Origin: an uncultured delta proteobacterium | GTDB lineage: Bacteria > Myxococcota > Myxococcia > Myxococcales > Anaeromyxobacteraceae | Assembly: GCA_963845515.1 (NCBI GenBank) | Contig: CAWJSR010000057.1 | Coordinates: 64,001 to 128,000, forward strand | Direction of reading: 5' to 3' | Length of the DNA: 64,000 nucleotides | Shown: one piece after another, positions 26,849 to 37,405 of the stretch | How the letters are laid out: the number at the start of each line of letters is the position of its first letter | How positions within the stretch are numbered: position 1 is the stretch's first letter | The notes under the pieces: generated by a model | Database searches by the model: none | What the model was told of the DNA's origin: nothing | The model's input: only the letters and a program-made list of their open reading frames with translations | Position numbers and translations under genes: made by a program

Positions 26849-28200
26849 GTGCTGCTCCTTTCGCCGGCCAGTACCGCCGGCAACTCGATACGTGCCTCGG
26901 TCCCGACACCGGGACGTGAGGCCATCGTGAACTCGCCGCCCAGCTGGTCGACGAGCGTCCGGGTGAGGAAGAGGCCGAGCCCCATCCCCTCCCCGGGTAC
27001 CTTCGTGGTGAAGAACGGCTCCCCCGCATGCTGGAGCACGTCCGGCGGCATGCCGCGCCCCTGGTCGATCACCGCGACGCGGACCTTCCCGTCGTCCGCC
27101 CCCATCCAGAGCCGAACCTTCGCGCCGGGAGGGGAGGCCTGCAGCGCGTTCTTGAGGAGTCCGCGCAGCGCGTCCCCGAGGGCGCGCGGCGGGCCGACGA
27201 CGGTCGCGTGCTCGGCCCCGGGAGCGACCTCTAGCGAGACGCGGTCCTTCTCGGCGAGGCCATCGAGGCCGCTCTCGGCCCACTCCGCGAGCGCGAGGTT
27301 GGCGAACGGCTCGCCCGCGTGCTCCCCCGCGTGGCGGGCCATCCGGTCGAGGATCTCGCGGCAGCGGGCGACCTGCTCACGGATGAGCGCCAGATCCGAG
27401 CGGACCTCCTCGGGGGCATCGGCGAGCACCCGCAGCAGCTCCTTGGAGACGACGGCGATCGTCGAGAGCGGAGTGGACAGCTCGTGCGCGGCGCCGGCCG
27501 CGAGCGTGGCGAGCGACGCCAGCCGCTCCCGCCGATCCACCTTGACCCGGACGACCGTCAGCTCCTGCTCGCGTTCGGCGAGCGCGCGCGCCACCCGCCG
27601 GATGAAGTAGACGATGAACGCCGCGGCGAAGCAGAAGGCGACCCACATCCCGTGCAGGCGCATGAAGTCCTGGGACGGGGTGATCTCTATGTGGTGATGC
27701 GGTGACGTGATCCACTCGTGGACGAAGAGCGCGCCGTAGCTGAGGAGGTTGGCCCCCGAGAGGACCCAGGCCCACGGCCCCGGGAGCAGCGCCGCGGCGA
27801 GCGCGATGTTCACGAGGAAGAGCGTCGAGAACGGATTGAACGCGCCCCCGGTCAGGTCGATCAGCACCGCCAGCACGACGGCGTCCAGCGCCATCGCGCC
27901 GACGAGGTGTCCTAGCGCGATCCGTCCCTGAGCCGTCCAGCGCTCGAGGAGGACGTTGCCGATGGTCTCGGCGGCGACCAGCGCCCCCAGCGTCATGACC
28001 GGGAATGGGTTGGACGCGAGCAGGCGAGTCGTGGCGATCAGGCCGAGCTGCCCGATGATTGCCCACCAGTGAAGGCGCACGAGCAGCGACAGGTTGACGC
28101 GCCAGCGCTCATCGACTTCAAGTAGTCCGACGCCCGCGCTCATGCCCGCACCGCCAGCCCCGTGGCCGTGCGCCACGGAAGCACTGGGTTCGATCGCCAC
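26845..28200 (-). CDS. regB: RegB/PrrB/ActS-family sensor histidine kinase (alternative start 28143)
   Basis: TGGAFNPF quinone-binding motif, AAGAAHELSTPLSTI H-box, QVARCREIL redox Cys, EPFFTTK..GMGLGLFL. Confidence 0.9.
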   Translation of the reverse strand: MAIEPSASVAHGHGAGGAGMSAGVGLLEVDERWRVNLSLLVRLHWWAIIGQLGLIATTRLLASNPFPVMTLGALVAAETIGNVLLERWTAQGRIALGHLVGAMALDAVVLAVLIDLTGGAFNPFSTLFLVNIALAAALLPGPWAWVLSGANLLSYGALFVHEWITSPHHHIEITPSQDFMRLHGMWVAFCFAAAFIVYFIRRVARALAEREQELTVVRVKVDRRERLASLATLAAGAAHELSTPLSTIAVVSKELLRVLADAPEEVRSDLALIREQVARCREILDRMARHAGEHAGEPFANLALAEWAESGLDGLAEKDRVSLEVAPGAEHATVVGPPRALGDALRGLLKNALQASPPGAKVRLWMGADDGKVRVAVIDQGRGMPPDVLQHAGEPFFTTKVPGEGMGLGLFLTRTLVDQLGGEFTMASRPGVGTEARIELPAVLAGERSST

Positions 28201-28254
28201 ATCCCCGGAAGAGGATGGTGCAATTTACCACACCCCCTACGGACTCGCGGCTAC

Positions 28255-28269
28255 GCGGCGCTGTGTCGC
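28255..28269 (+). promoter_or_regulatory. candidate RegA/RegR box
   Basis: GCGGC-N5-GTCGC in the short divergent region upstream of regB. Confidence 0.45.
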
Positions 28270-28302
28270 ATTCACCGCTTTTCGGCTAGATTCCGCGCCA
28301 CC

Positions 28303-28599
28303 ATGCGCGGTCGTCGACGCCACGTCTCGTCAGTCCTGGCCGACGCACTCGCCGCGCGCGGTCGCGCGCAGCCTGCGTCGATCGTGGCATCCTTCTCCGA
28401 CGTGGTCGGTGCTCGGCTGGCTCGCGAGGTGACGGCCCGAGGCAAGCTCCGCGATGGCCGGCTGCTCGTCGTCGCCAGCACGCCGGAGTGGGCCGCACAG
28501 GTCACGGCCCTGGAACCCGAGATCCTCTCGCAGCTCCGGGATCGGCACGGAGCTTCGGCCCCAACCGGGCTCTCGATCCACGTCGGTGCGATCGAGTGA
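28303..28599 (+). CDS. DUF721 / DciA-like protein
   Basis: FSDVVGARLAREVTARGKLRDGRLLVVASTPEWAAQVTALEPEILSQL pattern. Confidence 0.78.
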   Translation: MRGRRRHVSSVLADALAARGRAQPASIVASFSDVVGARLAREVTARGKLRDGRLLVVASTPEWAAQVTALEPEILSQLRDRHGASAPTGLSIHVGAIE

Positions 28600-28601
28600 C
28601 G

Positions 28602-30177
28602 GTGCGCCGCCTCCTCGCCTCGCTCATCCTGCTGTCGTCGGCCGCGGCCTGCGCCGTTCGCCAGGGCGCGCCGGGCGACGCCCGGGCAGCGCCGCAGCCA
28701 GGCTCTGCGGCCGCCGACCCCTGCGGCGAGTACGGGCATGACGAACCCATGGCCCGGACGCCCCTCGAAGCGCGCGCGTGGGCAGAGGTCCAGCGAGCCC
28801 TCCGCGGCACCGGAACGGGGATCCGTACGTCCGGCGCGCTCGACCGCGCCGCGCGGACGCTCGCCGCTGCATCGGTGTCGGCCGGTCAGGATTCCCTCGC
28901 ACGCCAGCGCGTCCAGGACGCGCTGCGCGCGGCCGGCGCCTTCGACCCCGCCCCGACCGCCCACCTGGCCGTCGGCATGGCCGACGCCGCCCTCGCCGCC
29001 CTGCTCGCCCGGCTCGATCGCAGAGACGCGACCCACGTCGGGATCGGCGACCACGAAGACGCCGGGGGGCATCACCTCGTCCTCCTGCTCACGCGCCGTC
29101 GTGCGCGGCTCGACCGCTTCCCCGGCTCGGTCGCCGTGGGTGCCGCGCGCTCCCTGCGCGGTGAGCTGCTCGGGCTGCTTCACGCTCGCGCCTTCGTGAC
29201 CCGCCCAGACGGCGTCAGCGATGAGGTAGGCCTGACCGGCGGCCGCGCGTTCTCCGGACGGATCCGCTTCACCCTCCCCGGACGTCACACGGTCGAGGTG
29301 ATCGGCACCGGCGAGCGGGGGCCGGAGGTCGCCGCGCTCATCGGCGTCTCCGTCGGCGGGGCCCCATGCACGGTCGCCCCCCCTTCGCCACCCGCGGCGG
29401 AGCCCGAGGAGCTCGACGCCGCGGAGGCGGCGGTCGCCGCCGCGATCAATCGCGTCCGGCTCGGCGGTGGCCTGAAGGCGCTGGAGCCCTCGCCCGGCCT
29501 CTCGGCGGTCGCCCGCCAGCACAGCGAGCGGATGCGCGCCGCGAGCACCGTGGCGCACGTGCTCCCGGGTGACGGCGATCTCGCGGGCCGGCTCGCGGCC
29601 GCCCGGCTCCCGTACCGCAGGGCCTTCGAGAACGTGGCGAGCGCCGCCACCGCGCTCGAGGCGCACGCCGCTGCAGAGGCGAGTCCGGCCCACCGCAGCA
29701 ACATGCTGGCTCCGGGCGCGACGCGGCTCGGCGTCGGCATCGCCCGGGGCTCGCTCCCTACCGGCGAGCGCGTCGTCTACCTGACGGAGCTCCTGGTCGA
29801 GCCGTCCGCCGACCTCGGCGCCGACCGGCTGACGCCCGACGCGCGGGCGCGTGAAGCGCTCTGGAAGGAGCGGGCCCGACGCTCCCTCCCGGCGCTCACG
29901 AACGATCCGGCGCTGGAGGCGCTGGCGAGAGAGGCTGCGCTGACGATGCGCGCGCAGGATCTGGGAGACGTCGGTGGGCTCGCGGAGGGCGGCGCTGCGG
30001 CTGGGCAGAGCGCTCGCCGCGGCCGACGCCTTCATCACCGCCAACCCAGCGGAGGCGGTCCGCTCCCAGAACGTGGCCGACCCGCGCTTCAGGCGCGTCG
30101 GCGTCGGTGCAGTGGTCGGTGACAGCCGCCGGTTCGGCACCGCGCGGCTGTACATCGCGGTGGTCTACACCGACTGA
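28602..30177 (+). CDS. CAP (SCP/PR-1) domain lipoprotein; +1 frameshift near 29987
   Basis: Lipobox-like LSSAAAC; INRVR, ARQHSERM, ENVA, SPAHRSNML, GVG; C-terminus continues in ORF 29974..30177. Confidence 0.8.
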
Positions 30178-30178
30178 G

Positions 30179-30403
30179 CTAGCCGGCGCGACGCTGCGTC
30201 GCGTAGCTCTCGATCCCGCCCTCGACCGCCGGCTCGATCGCGTAGAACCCGCACCGCGTGCAGCACCAGCTGTTCCAACCCTTCTTCACGGCCTCGTCCA
30301 GGCAGCCGTCGTAGAAGTTGCAGAAGAGGTTGCGCTGACCGTCTACACCACGGTCTGGATTGATCGGCGCGGTCAGCTCCATCGGGCACGGAATCGAGAG
30401 CAC
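30179..30403 (-). CDS. small Cys-rich hypothetical protein (74 aa)
   Basis: GTG start 7 nt after AAGGAG; RNLFCNFYDGCLDEAVKKGWNSWCCTRC; good codon bias. Confidence 0.8.
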   Translation of the reverse strand: MLSIPCPMELTAPINPDRGVDGQRNLFCNFYDGCLDEAVKKGWNSWCCTRCGFYAIEPAVEGGIESYATQRRAG

Positions 30404-30689
30404 GCAGAACTCCTTGGGGTCTCTCGACCCCTGGCGCGGGCGGATGACGGAACCGCAACCACCCCGTCGCTCGCACACGGCATCGGCCTTGGAGCCGGGT
30501 GCGAGGCCCGCCACGCGGAGTTGACAAGTCTCCGCTGGACGCCTGAAAACGAGAACTACAGGCGCCGGCGCTTTATCACGCTCCCCGCTCGGGAGAGTCA
30601 AGCCCCCGCCCCCCCGATGAGTGTCGCCGTCAGGAGAGGGATGAAATTCAGCTGCCGGTTCAACTGGTTGCCGCCTGCGACAATCTTGT

Positions 30690-32871
30690 ACCAGCGGCAG
30701 TCGTGGCTGCCGTCCTGTCGGCGGCGCCCTCCTGCTCCCGGCGCCAGGGAGCCGCTGTGTGACTGGCTCGACGGACTGGGGGCGGCCGCTCAGGCGCGCT
30801 CGGACGGCCTCCCAGATGCACACCTGCGCGCACGGGGTGCGCTGGCAGCGCTCTCCACCGGCGACGCCGGCACCCGCGCCGGCTTGGAGGTCGCGCTCGC
30901 GCTCCGCGGCCCGGAGACCGTCCAGGAGCGGGTCCGTACCCTGCGCGCCGTCGCCGCCGCCGCGCCTCCCGTCACTCGCGCGACGATCCTTGCGCTGCTG
31001 GGCGAGGCGCTGCTCGAGAGCGGCGATCCCCGCGGCGCGGTGGAGCCACTCCGGGCGGCTTCGGCCGAGGGCTCGAGCGCCGTCGCGGCACGCGCCCGCT
31101 GGCGCGTCGCCGACGCGCTCCACGCCGGCGGCTTCGCGGAGGAGGCGGTGGCCGCGTGGCGACCGCTGCTCGCCGACCCGCTCGCGTCGAACTTCGAGCC
31201 ATCCGCCCGGCTCGCCTTCGCCTCCGATCTCCTGAGCGCCGGGGAGCCGGACCTCGCCGCCCGGATCCTCCGCTCGCTCTGGTCGGCGCTTCCGGAGCGA
31301 GCCGAGGCGTCCCTGGCCGAGGCGCTGCTCGACCGCTGGCGCGCCGACGGCGCCGCGATCCCTCCATTCGCCGGCGAGGAACGCGTCGCTCGCGCACTCC
31401 GGCTGGTCTCGGTCGGACGCGCCGGTGAGGCGGTGATCGAGCTGAAGAGGGCGGAGTCGAGCCTCCCCGCCGCCCCAGCCGGACTCCTCGCCCTCGCAGA
31501 GGGGACCGCTCAGCTGGCGCTCGGGCATCCAGCCGAGGCGGCCCGGCTGGTCGGGACCGCACGCCGCCTCGGAGGACGCCGGGGTCAGGCGCGGCGCGCA
31601 GGTGATCCTCGCCCGCGCCGCCGCGAAGGCCGGGCGCATCCCCGAGGCCATCGAGGCCTGGAGGGCCGTCGCGGCGAGCCGCGCTGCAGGTGCCGGGGCT
31701 GACGCCGCAGCTCCAGGCGTCGCTTCGTGACGACGCCGAGTACTTCGCGGCCTGGCTCAACTTCGAAGCAGGGGATCCGCAGCGCGCGTCGGCCGCGCTC
31801 GGCCGCCTGGCGCGGCTCCGTCCCCGCTCCCGGCGCGCCGACGATGCCCGCTGGTTCTCGGCGTGGGCCCTGCTGCAGCTCGGCGAGGTGGGCAGGGCCG
31901 ACGCCGCGCTTCGCGTCGCCGATCGCGGCCAGCTCCGGACCCGCGCCCGCTATTGGCGCGCCCGGATCGCGCGCGACGATGGAGTGGCCGGCTCGCTCCT
32001 TCGGTCCGTCGTCGCGGCCGACCCCCTCGGCTACTACGGCCTGCTCGCCTGCGGACGGCTGCGGGCGAAGGGCGTCGCATGTGAGCCGCCCCCGCTGGGC
32101 GACGGCCCTCCCTTCCCGGAGCTCGAGGACCAGCCGGACGCAGCACGCCTGCGCCAGGCCGCTGCGCTGGCCGCGGCCGGCCTACGCGACGAAGCCATGG
32201 AGGAGCTGAGAGCCATCGCCAGCTCACGCGGCGGCAGACGCGCCGCCCCGCTCGTCGCCGAGCTCGCGGCGTTCCTCGGCGACACCCTGCTCCCCTTCCG
32301 GCTCTCGCGCGACCAGCTCGGGCTGTCGCGCCGCACCCTGGACTGGAGCTTCCCCGACGTCTGGCCAGCCATCGTGCACCCCGCCGCGCGCGCCGCCGGT
32401 GTGGACCCGACGCTGCTCCGCGCGGTGATGCGCCGGGAGTCGGGGTTCCGGCGGGACGCCCGGAGCTCGGCTGGGGCCATCGGGCTGCTCCAGATCATCC
32501 CTGGCACGGCCGCGCGGCTCGCCGCCCTGCTCCGGCTGCCGGAGCCCCTCGCGGACCGGCTCGAGGAGCCGGAGGTCAACGTCCCGCTGGGCGCCGGCTA
32601 CCTCGGGCTGCTCCTCGAGCGCTTCGGCGAACCGCTGGTCGCGATCGCCGCCTACAACGCCGGCCCCGGCGCGGTCACCAGGTGGGGACAGGACCGGAAG
32701 GCCCTCCCCCTGGACGCGTGGGTGGAGTCGATCCCCTACCGCGAGACGCGCCAGTACGTCAGGGCCGTGGTCGAGAACTGGGCCGGTGCGCGCGCCGCCG
32801 CGGGGGAGCCCAGGCTGGAGATCGATCCGGGCCGGCTGGTGGGACCACCGGCCCCTGGCGTCATGTTCTAG
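30690..32871 (+). CDS. Slt70-like soluble lytic transglycosylase with TPR-like repeats; frameshifts near 31557 and 31689, start uncertain
   Basis: VMRRESGF, SSAGAIGLLQI, GAGYL, AAYNAGPG, ESIPYRETRQYV; helical N-terminal region spread over three frames. Confidence 0.8.
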
Positions 32872-33736
32872 CGTCGGCCTCTTCGCGGATCGCCTGCAGC
32901 ACCGCGTCGCCGGTGTTGCGCAGGACCGATGACGTGACGCCGGGGATGCGCCCCAGCGCCTCCACGCCGTCCGGTCGGCGGACTGCGATCTCGAGCATCG
33001 CCTGCTCGCCGAGGACCTTGAAGGGCGGCCTCCCGAGCGCCTCCGCCCGCTGCTCCCGCGCGATCCAGAGCGCGCGGAGCAGGCGCCGCGCGCGATCGTC
33101 GAGCGCGCGCGCGCCCTTCAGCCGCTTCCATCCCTCGGGATCGAAGACACGCTCGTGGGGGCTCGCCGAGGCGATCCGCCTGAAGTCCTCACGGGCCGCC
33201 GCGGTGAGTCCCTTCGCCTCGAGCTCGGCGACCAGCACCTCCCGGAGGCGGAGGAGGTAGTGCGTGTCGAGCGCCGCGTAGGCCAGCTGATCGGCGGAGA
33301 GCGGGCGGCGCCCCCAGTCGGAGCGCTGGTGCGCCTTGGAGAGCCGTATGCCGAAGCGGGCCTCCACGAGCGCCGAGAGGCCGAGCCCCACCACCCCGAG
33401 CCGGCGGGACGCGACCATCGTGTCGAAGAGGTTGGGGAGCGCCCAGCCGAAGTCGCGCTTCAGGCACCTGACGTCGTAGTCAGCGCCGTGGAGCACCGTC
33501 TCGCGGCCGTCGCACAGCACCTCGCCGAGTGGCGCGACGCCCGTCGCCAGGGGATCGACGATCCAGTCCCGGCCGGGGACCGAGATCTGGATGAGGCAGA
33601 CGCGCTCCTTGTAGGCGTGGAAGCTGTTCGACTCGGTGTCGATCGCCACGACCGGCTCGGAGCGGAGCGCTCCGGCGAGCTCCTCGACGGCAGCGGCGTC
33701 CGCCACGAGCGCCGGCTTCAGCAGCGGCGGCGTCAT
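32861..33736 (-). CDS. rnd: ribonuclease D (3'-5' exonuclease plus HRDC)
   Basis: [47 protein letters not shown] overlap with psuG. Confidence 0.9.
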   Translation of the reverse strand: MTPPLLKPALVADAAAVEELAGALRSEPVVAIDTESNSFHAYKERVCLIQISVPGRDWIVDPLATGVAPLGEVLCDGRETVLHGADYDVRCLKRDFGWALPNLFDTMVASRRLGVVGLGLSALVEARFGIRLSKAHQRSDWGRRPLSADQLAYAALDTHYLLRLREVLVAELEAKGLTAAAREDFRRIASASPHERVFDPEGWKRLKGARALDDRARRLLRALWIAREQRAEALGRPPFKVLGEQAMLEIAVRRPDGVEALGRIPGVTSSVLRNTGDAVLQAIREEADART

Positions 33737-34665
33737 CGGCGGGCTCCTTCCGCCCGGTCGGCGACCGCCACTGCGAGCCGGCCCGCGACCTCGGCGTTCC
33801 GCTCGAGCAGCGCCAGGTTGGCGTCGCGCGCCATTCCTCCGGTCGCCCTCGCCACCGCGTCCAGCAGGAACGGTGTCATCGCCTTGCCGCGAACGCCCCG
33901 CGCGCGAGCGTCTGCGAGCCCCGCCGCAACAGCCGCCTCCACGACCTCGCGCGCCACCGGCTTTGGCGGGGGGACGAGGAGCAGCACCCCCTCGCGCCGC
34001 CGCAGGAGGTTCCAGTGGAGCTCCAGGAGCGCCGCTGCCGCGCGCTCGTCGTCGACGCGATGTTCCAGCTGGATGCCGCTCGAGTCGGCGTAGAAGGCCG
34101 GCAGCTCCAGGGTGCCGAAGCCGACCATCGGGATCCCGCGCGTCTCCAGCGCCTCCGCCGTCGCGGCGAGATCCAGGATCGCCTTCGCGCCGGAGGAGAC
34201 GACGCAGACCGGCTGCCTGGCCAGCTCGTCCAGGTCGCCCGAGACGTCGCCGGCCGGAGAGGCGGGCTCGTCCGGCAGCGCGCGATGAACGCCCCCGATC
34301 CCGCCGGTGGCGACGACCCTGATCCCGAGCAGGGCGGCGACCGCAACCGTCGCCGACACGGTGGTGCCGGCGTCCCTGCGCGCCACGACCAGGGCCGCGA
34401 GGTCGCGCGCCTGGGCCTTGGCCGGCCGCGCCGTCGGCGCCGCCAGCCGCTCCAGCTCGGCCTCCTCGAGCCCCACCACGATCTGCCCGCCCAGGACGCC
34501 CACGATCGCCGGGACCGCCCCTGCGGCGCGAACACGACCCGCGCAGCGCCGCACCGCCTCCAGGTTGTACGGGCTGGGCAGCCCGTGCGCGACCACGCTC
34601 GTCTCGAGCGCGACCAGCGGCCGCCCCGACCCCAACGCATCCCTCACCTCGCCCGAGAACCGCAT
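33733..34665 (-). CDS. psuG: pseudouridine-5'-phosphate glycosidase
   Basis: [50 protein letters not shown]. Confidence 0.92.
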   Translation of the reverse strand: MRFSGEVRDALGSGRPLVALETSVVAHGLPSPYNLEAVRRCAGRVRAAGAVPAIVGVLGGQIVVGLEEAELERLAAPTARPAKAQARDLAALVVARRDAGTTVSATVAVAALLGIRVVATGGIGGVHRALPDEPASPAGDVSGDLDELARQPVCVVSSGAKAILDLAATAEALETRGIPMVGFGTLELPAFYADSSGIQLEHRVDDERAAAALLELHWNLLRRREGVLLLVPPPKPVAREVVEAAVAAGLADARARGVRGKAMTPFLLDAVARATGGMARDANLALLERNAEVAGRLAVAVADRAEGARR

Positions 34666-34772
34666 CGCTTCTTCCATGGGGTGGGAATGTAGCGCGCGAC
34701 CGGCGCGGCGTCCCGTGTCGGTGAACCGCGCCTTGTCGCGCCCGGGCGTGGAGCGGTACGCTCCCCTCTCCG

Positions 34773-35252
34773 ATGGCCAGACCAAGCCTCCCAGCCGACC
34801 CCGCAGCCGCCGCCCAGAGGGTCAAGGACATCGCGCGCGACCTGGCCTCGGACGTCACCGAGGGCTACCGGAGGTCCAACAAGTTCTTGCGCCTCCGCGC
34901 GGCCATCGTCGGCAGCTGGGTGCTGCTCGCCCTGCTGTCGCTCTACACGGCCTGCCCTTCCTCCGGGCCGTCGAACGAGCTCGAGGCGGACGTCACGCTC
35001 CTGCCAGAGACCCTGGTCGGACAGCAGCTGAGCGTCTCGAACGGCTCCCCCGAGATGTGGACGGACGTGACCCTGACGCTCGACGGTGCCTGGACCCACC
35101 AGGTGAAGACCGTGCGCGCGGGCCAGAACATAGTCGTGGCCGTCACCAGCTTCTCGCGGGACGGCAAGCCGGCCCCGTCGGACCTCAAGCCGAAGGCCGT
35201 CGAGATCGACTGCGACCAGGGCTCGGCCGACCTCTCCCTCGTGCGGCGGTGA
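34773..35252 (+). CDS. hypothetical single-pass membrane protein
   Basis: One hydrophobic segment ([16 protein letters not shown]) followed by a beta-rich domain; strong codon bias. Confidence 0.75.
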   Translation: MARPSLPADPAAAAQRVKDIARDLASDVTEGYRRSNKFLRLRAAIVGSWVLLALLSLYTACPSSGPSNELEADVTLLPETLVGQQLSVSNGSPEMWTDVTLTLDGAWTHQVKTVRAGQNIVVAVTSFSRDGKPAPSDLKPKAVEIDCDQGSADLSLVRR

Positions 35253-35256
35253 CGTG

Positions 35257-35631
35257 ATGCTTCCCGACGCGGCGAACGGCCCAGCGATCCTCCTCGTCGA
35301 CGACGACGCCGAGATCTGCCAGTTCCTGTCCACGCTCCTGGAGCTGGAGGGGTTCGCGCCGCGGATCGCCACCCGCCCTGAGAGCGCCATGGACATGCTG
35401 CCGGGTGCGGAGGCGATCCTCATCGACCTCGCCATGCCCGACGTGGACGGCTTCGAGCTCTGCCGCCGCATCCGGGCGACCGGCTTCTCGAAGCCGATCA
35501 TGATCGTCTCCGCACGCCCCGGCGCCGACCTCCCGGCGAAGGCGGTGGCCGCCGGGGCCGACGAGTTCGTCCGGAAGCCGTTCGACAACGCGGATCTGGT
35601 CGCGCGCGTCCGGCGTCACGTCGAGCGCTGA
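35257..35631 (+). CDS. single-domain response regulator
   Basis: ILLVDDD, ILIDLAMPDVDG, IVSA, RKPF. Confidence 0.88.
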   Translation: MLPDAANGPAILLVDDDAEICQFLSTLLELEGFAPRIATRPESAMDMLPGAEAILIDLAMPDVDGFELCRRIRATGFSKPIMIVSARPGADLPAKAVAAGADEFVRKPFDNADLVARVRRHVER

Positions 35632-36089
35632 GCGCCGGCGGCGACCGGCCGGTCGTCCTGCTCCGCCTCGGCCGCCGCGTCCGCGCGGCGCCGCCGCTCC
35701 GCCTCCCACAGCTCCCGGTGGCGGCTCACCGCCTCGAGCTGCTGCTCCGCGCTGGCGAGCGACGCGCGCCTCACGTCCTCGTGTGCCGCCGCCCGCTCGG
35801 ACTCCTCGTGCGTCGCCGCGGCCTCCGCAGCGCACCGCCGCTCCTCCAGGCGCAGCCTGGCGATCCATCGTCCGGCCGCTGCCACCTCCGAGCCGGGGCC
35901 CCCCTGAGCCCCCTCTTCCGCCGTGCGCCGCCTGCCTGTGGCGGCGGAGAGCGCGCGTCGCGCCTCGTCCGCCAGGGCGCGCAGCCGGCTCCCCTCCGAC
36001 GCGGCCCGACCAAGCTGCGCGCGCGCCTCGTCGACGAGGCGGCGCCTCATGGTCTCCAGCGCAGCGAGTGGATAGCGGCCCACGGCCAT
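35616..36089 (-). CDS. SctO/FliJ-like coiled-coil stalk protein
   Basis: MAVGRYPLAALETMR...LEAVSRHRELW...EAEQDD, coiled-coil; coupled (TGATG) to the export ATPase. Confidence 0.72.
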   Translation of the reverse strand: MAVGRYPLAALETMRRRLVDEARAQLGRAASEGSRLRALADEARRALSAATGRRRTAEEGAQGGPGSEVAAAGRWIARLRLEERRCAAEAAATHEESERAAAHEDVRRASLASAEQQLEAVSRHRELWEAERRRRADAAAEAEQDDRPVAAGAQRST

Positions 36090-37405
36090 CACGCCACCAG
36101 GGACCGGAGCCTGGCGACGACCTCCTCGAGCCCGTTCGCCCCGCTCACGTCCTCCTGCACCTGCCGCAGGAAGGCCTCGATGGCCGGCATGCGCGCGATG
36201 GCGGCGTCGGTGTCGGCGTCCGACCCGGCGCGATAGGCGCCGATGGCGATCAGGTCGCGCTGGCGCTCCCAGGCGGCGAGCAGCTCGCGCAGTCGCGCGG
36301 CGGCCGCGCGATGCTCGGCCCCGGTCACCGCGGGCATGACGCGGGAGACGCTCTGCAGCGGGTCGATCGCCGGAAAGCGCCCGGCCGCGGCGAGCCGCCG
36401 ATCCAGGACCACGTGTCCGTCGAGGATCCCGCGGACCTCGTCGGCGATGGGCTCCTCCATGTCGCCGCCCGCGACCAGGACGGTGTAGATGGCGGTGATC
36501 GATCCCCTCTCGTGCATGCCGGCCCGCTCCAGGAGGCGTGGGAGGGCCTGGAAGACGCTGGAGGGGTAGCCCTGACGCGCCGGCGGCTCCCCCGCCGCGA
36601 GGCCGACCTCGCGCCGCGCGCGGGCGTAGCGGGTCACGCTGTCGACGAGGAGGAGCACGCTCGCCCCCTTCGAGGCGAACCACTCCGCGATCGCGGTCGC
36701 GGAGTGAGCCGCTTTGAGCCTCAGCAGCGCAGGGGCGTCGCTCGTCGCCGCGACGACGACGCTCTTCGCGAGCCCTTCGGGCCCGAGGCACTGGTCGACG
36801 AACTCACCGACCTCGCGCCCGCGCTCTCCGACGAGCCCCACCACCGCGACGTCACAGCGGGCCCTGCGCGCGATCTGCCCGAGCAGCGTCGACTTCCCGA
36901 CGCCCGACCCGGCGAAGAGGCCGACTCGCTGCCCCTCGCCGACGGTCAGCAGCCCGTCCAGCGCGCGGATTCCGAGCGGCAGCGGCTGCGAGATGCGCCG
37001 GCGCCGCAGGGGCGACGGCGAGGGAGCATCGACGGGCCACTCCTCCAACCCGGACGGGAGGGGCCGGCCGTCGATCGGCTGCCCGAGGCCGTCCAGGATC
37101 CGACCGCGCAGCCCCTCCCCGGCGCGAAGCGTGAGGGGTCGGCCCAGCGCGAGGACGTCCGCGTCGAGCCCGATCCCAGCAGGCTCGCCGAGAGGCAGGA
37201 GGATGGCGCGACCATCACGGATCCCTACGACCTCCGCGAGGAGCGCCGCGCCACCCTGGCGGCGGATCTCGACCACCTCTCCGTGCCGAACCGTTGGCGA
37301 CACCGCCTCGACGACGAGCCCGGTGACCGCGGTGACGCGTCCCCGCAGCGGCAGCGGGTCGGTGGCGGCTATCGCCGAGCGCAGGGATGCGCGGGTGCGG
37401 GTCAT
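36089..37405 (-). CDS. sctN: type III secretion export ATPase (SctN/FliI family)
   Basis: GLFAGSGVGKSTLL, GERGREV, LLLVDSVTRYARA, GEPPARQGYP, GSITAIYTVLV, ILDGHVVL. Confidence 0.9.
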   Translation of the reverse strand: MTRTRASLRSAIAATDPLPLRGRVTAVTGLVVEAVSPTVRHGEVVEIRRQGGAALLAEVVGIRDGRAILLPLGEPAGIGLDADVLALGRPLTLRAGEGLRGRILDGLGQPIDGRPLPSGLEEWPVDAPSPSPLRRRRISQPLPLGIRALDGLLTVGEGQRVGLFAGSGVGKSTLLGQIARRARCDVAVVGLVGERGREVGEFVDQCLGPEGLAKSVVVAATSDAPALLRLKAAHSATAIAEWFASKGASVLLLVDSVTRYARARREVGLAAGEPPARQGYPSSVFQALPRLLERAGMHERGSITAIYTVLVAGGDMEEPIADEVRGILDGHVVLDRRLAAAGRFPAIDPLQSVSRVMPAVTGAEHRAAAARLRELLAAWERQRDLIAIGAYRAGSDADTDAAIARMPAIEAFLRQVQEDVSGANGLEEVVARLRSLVA

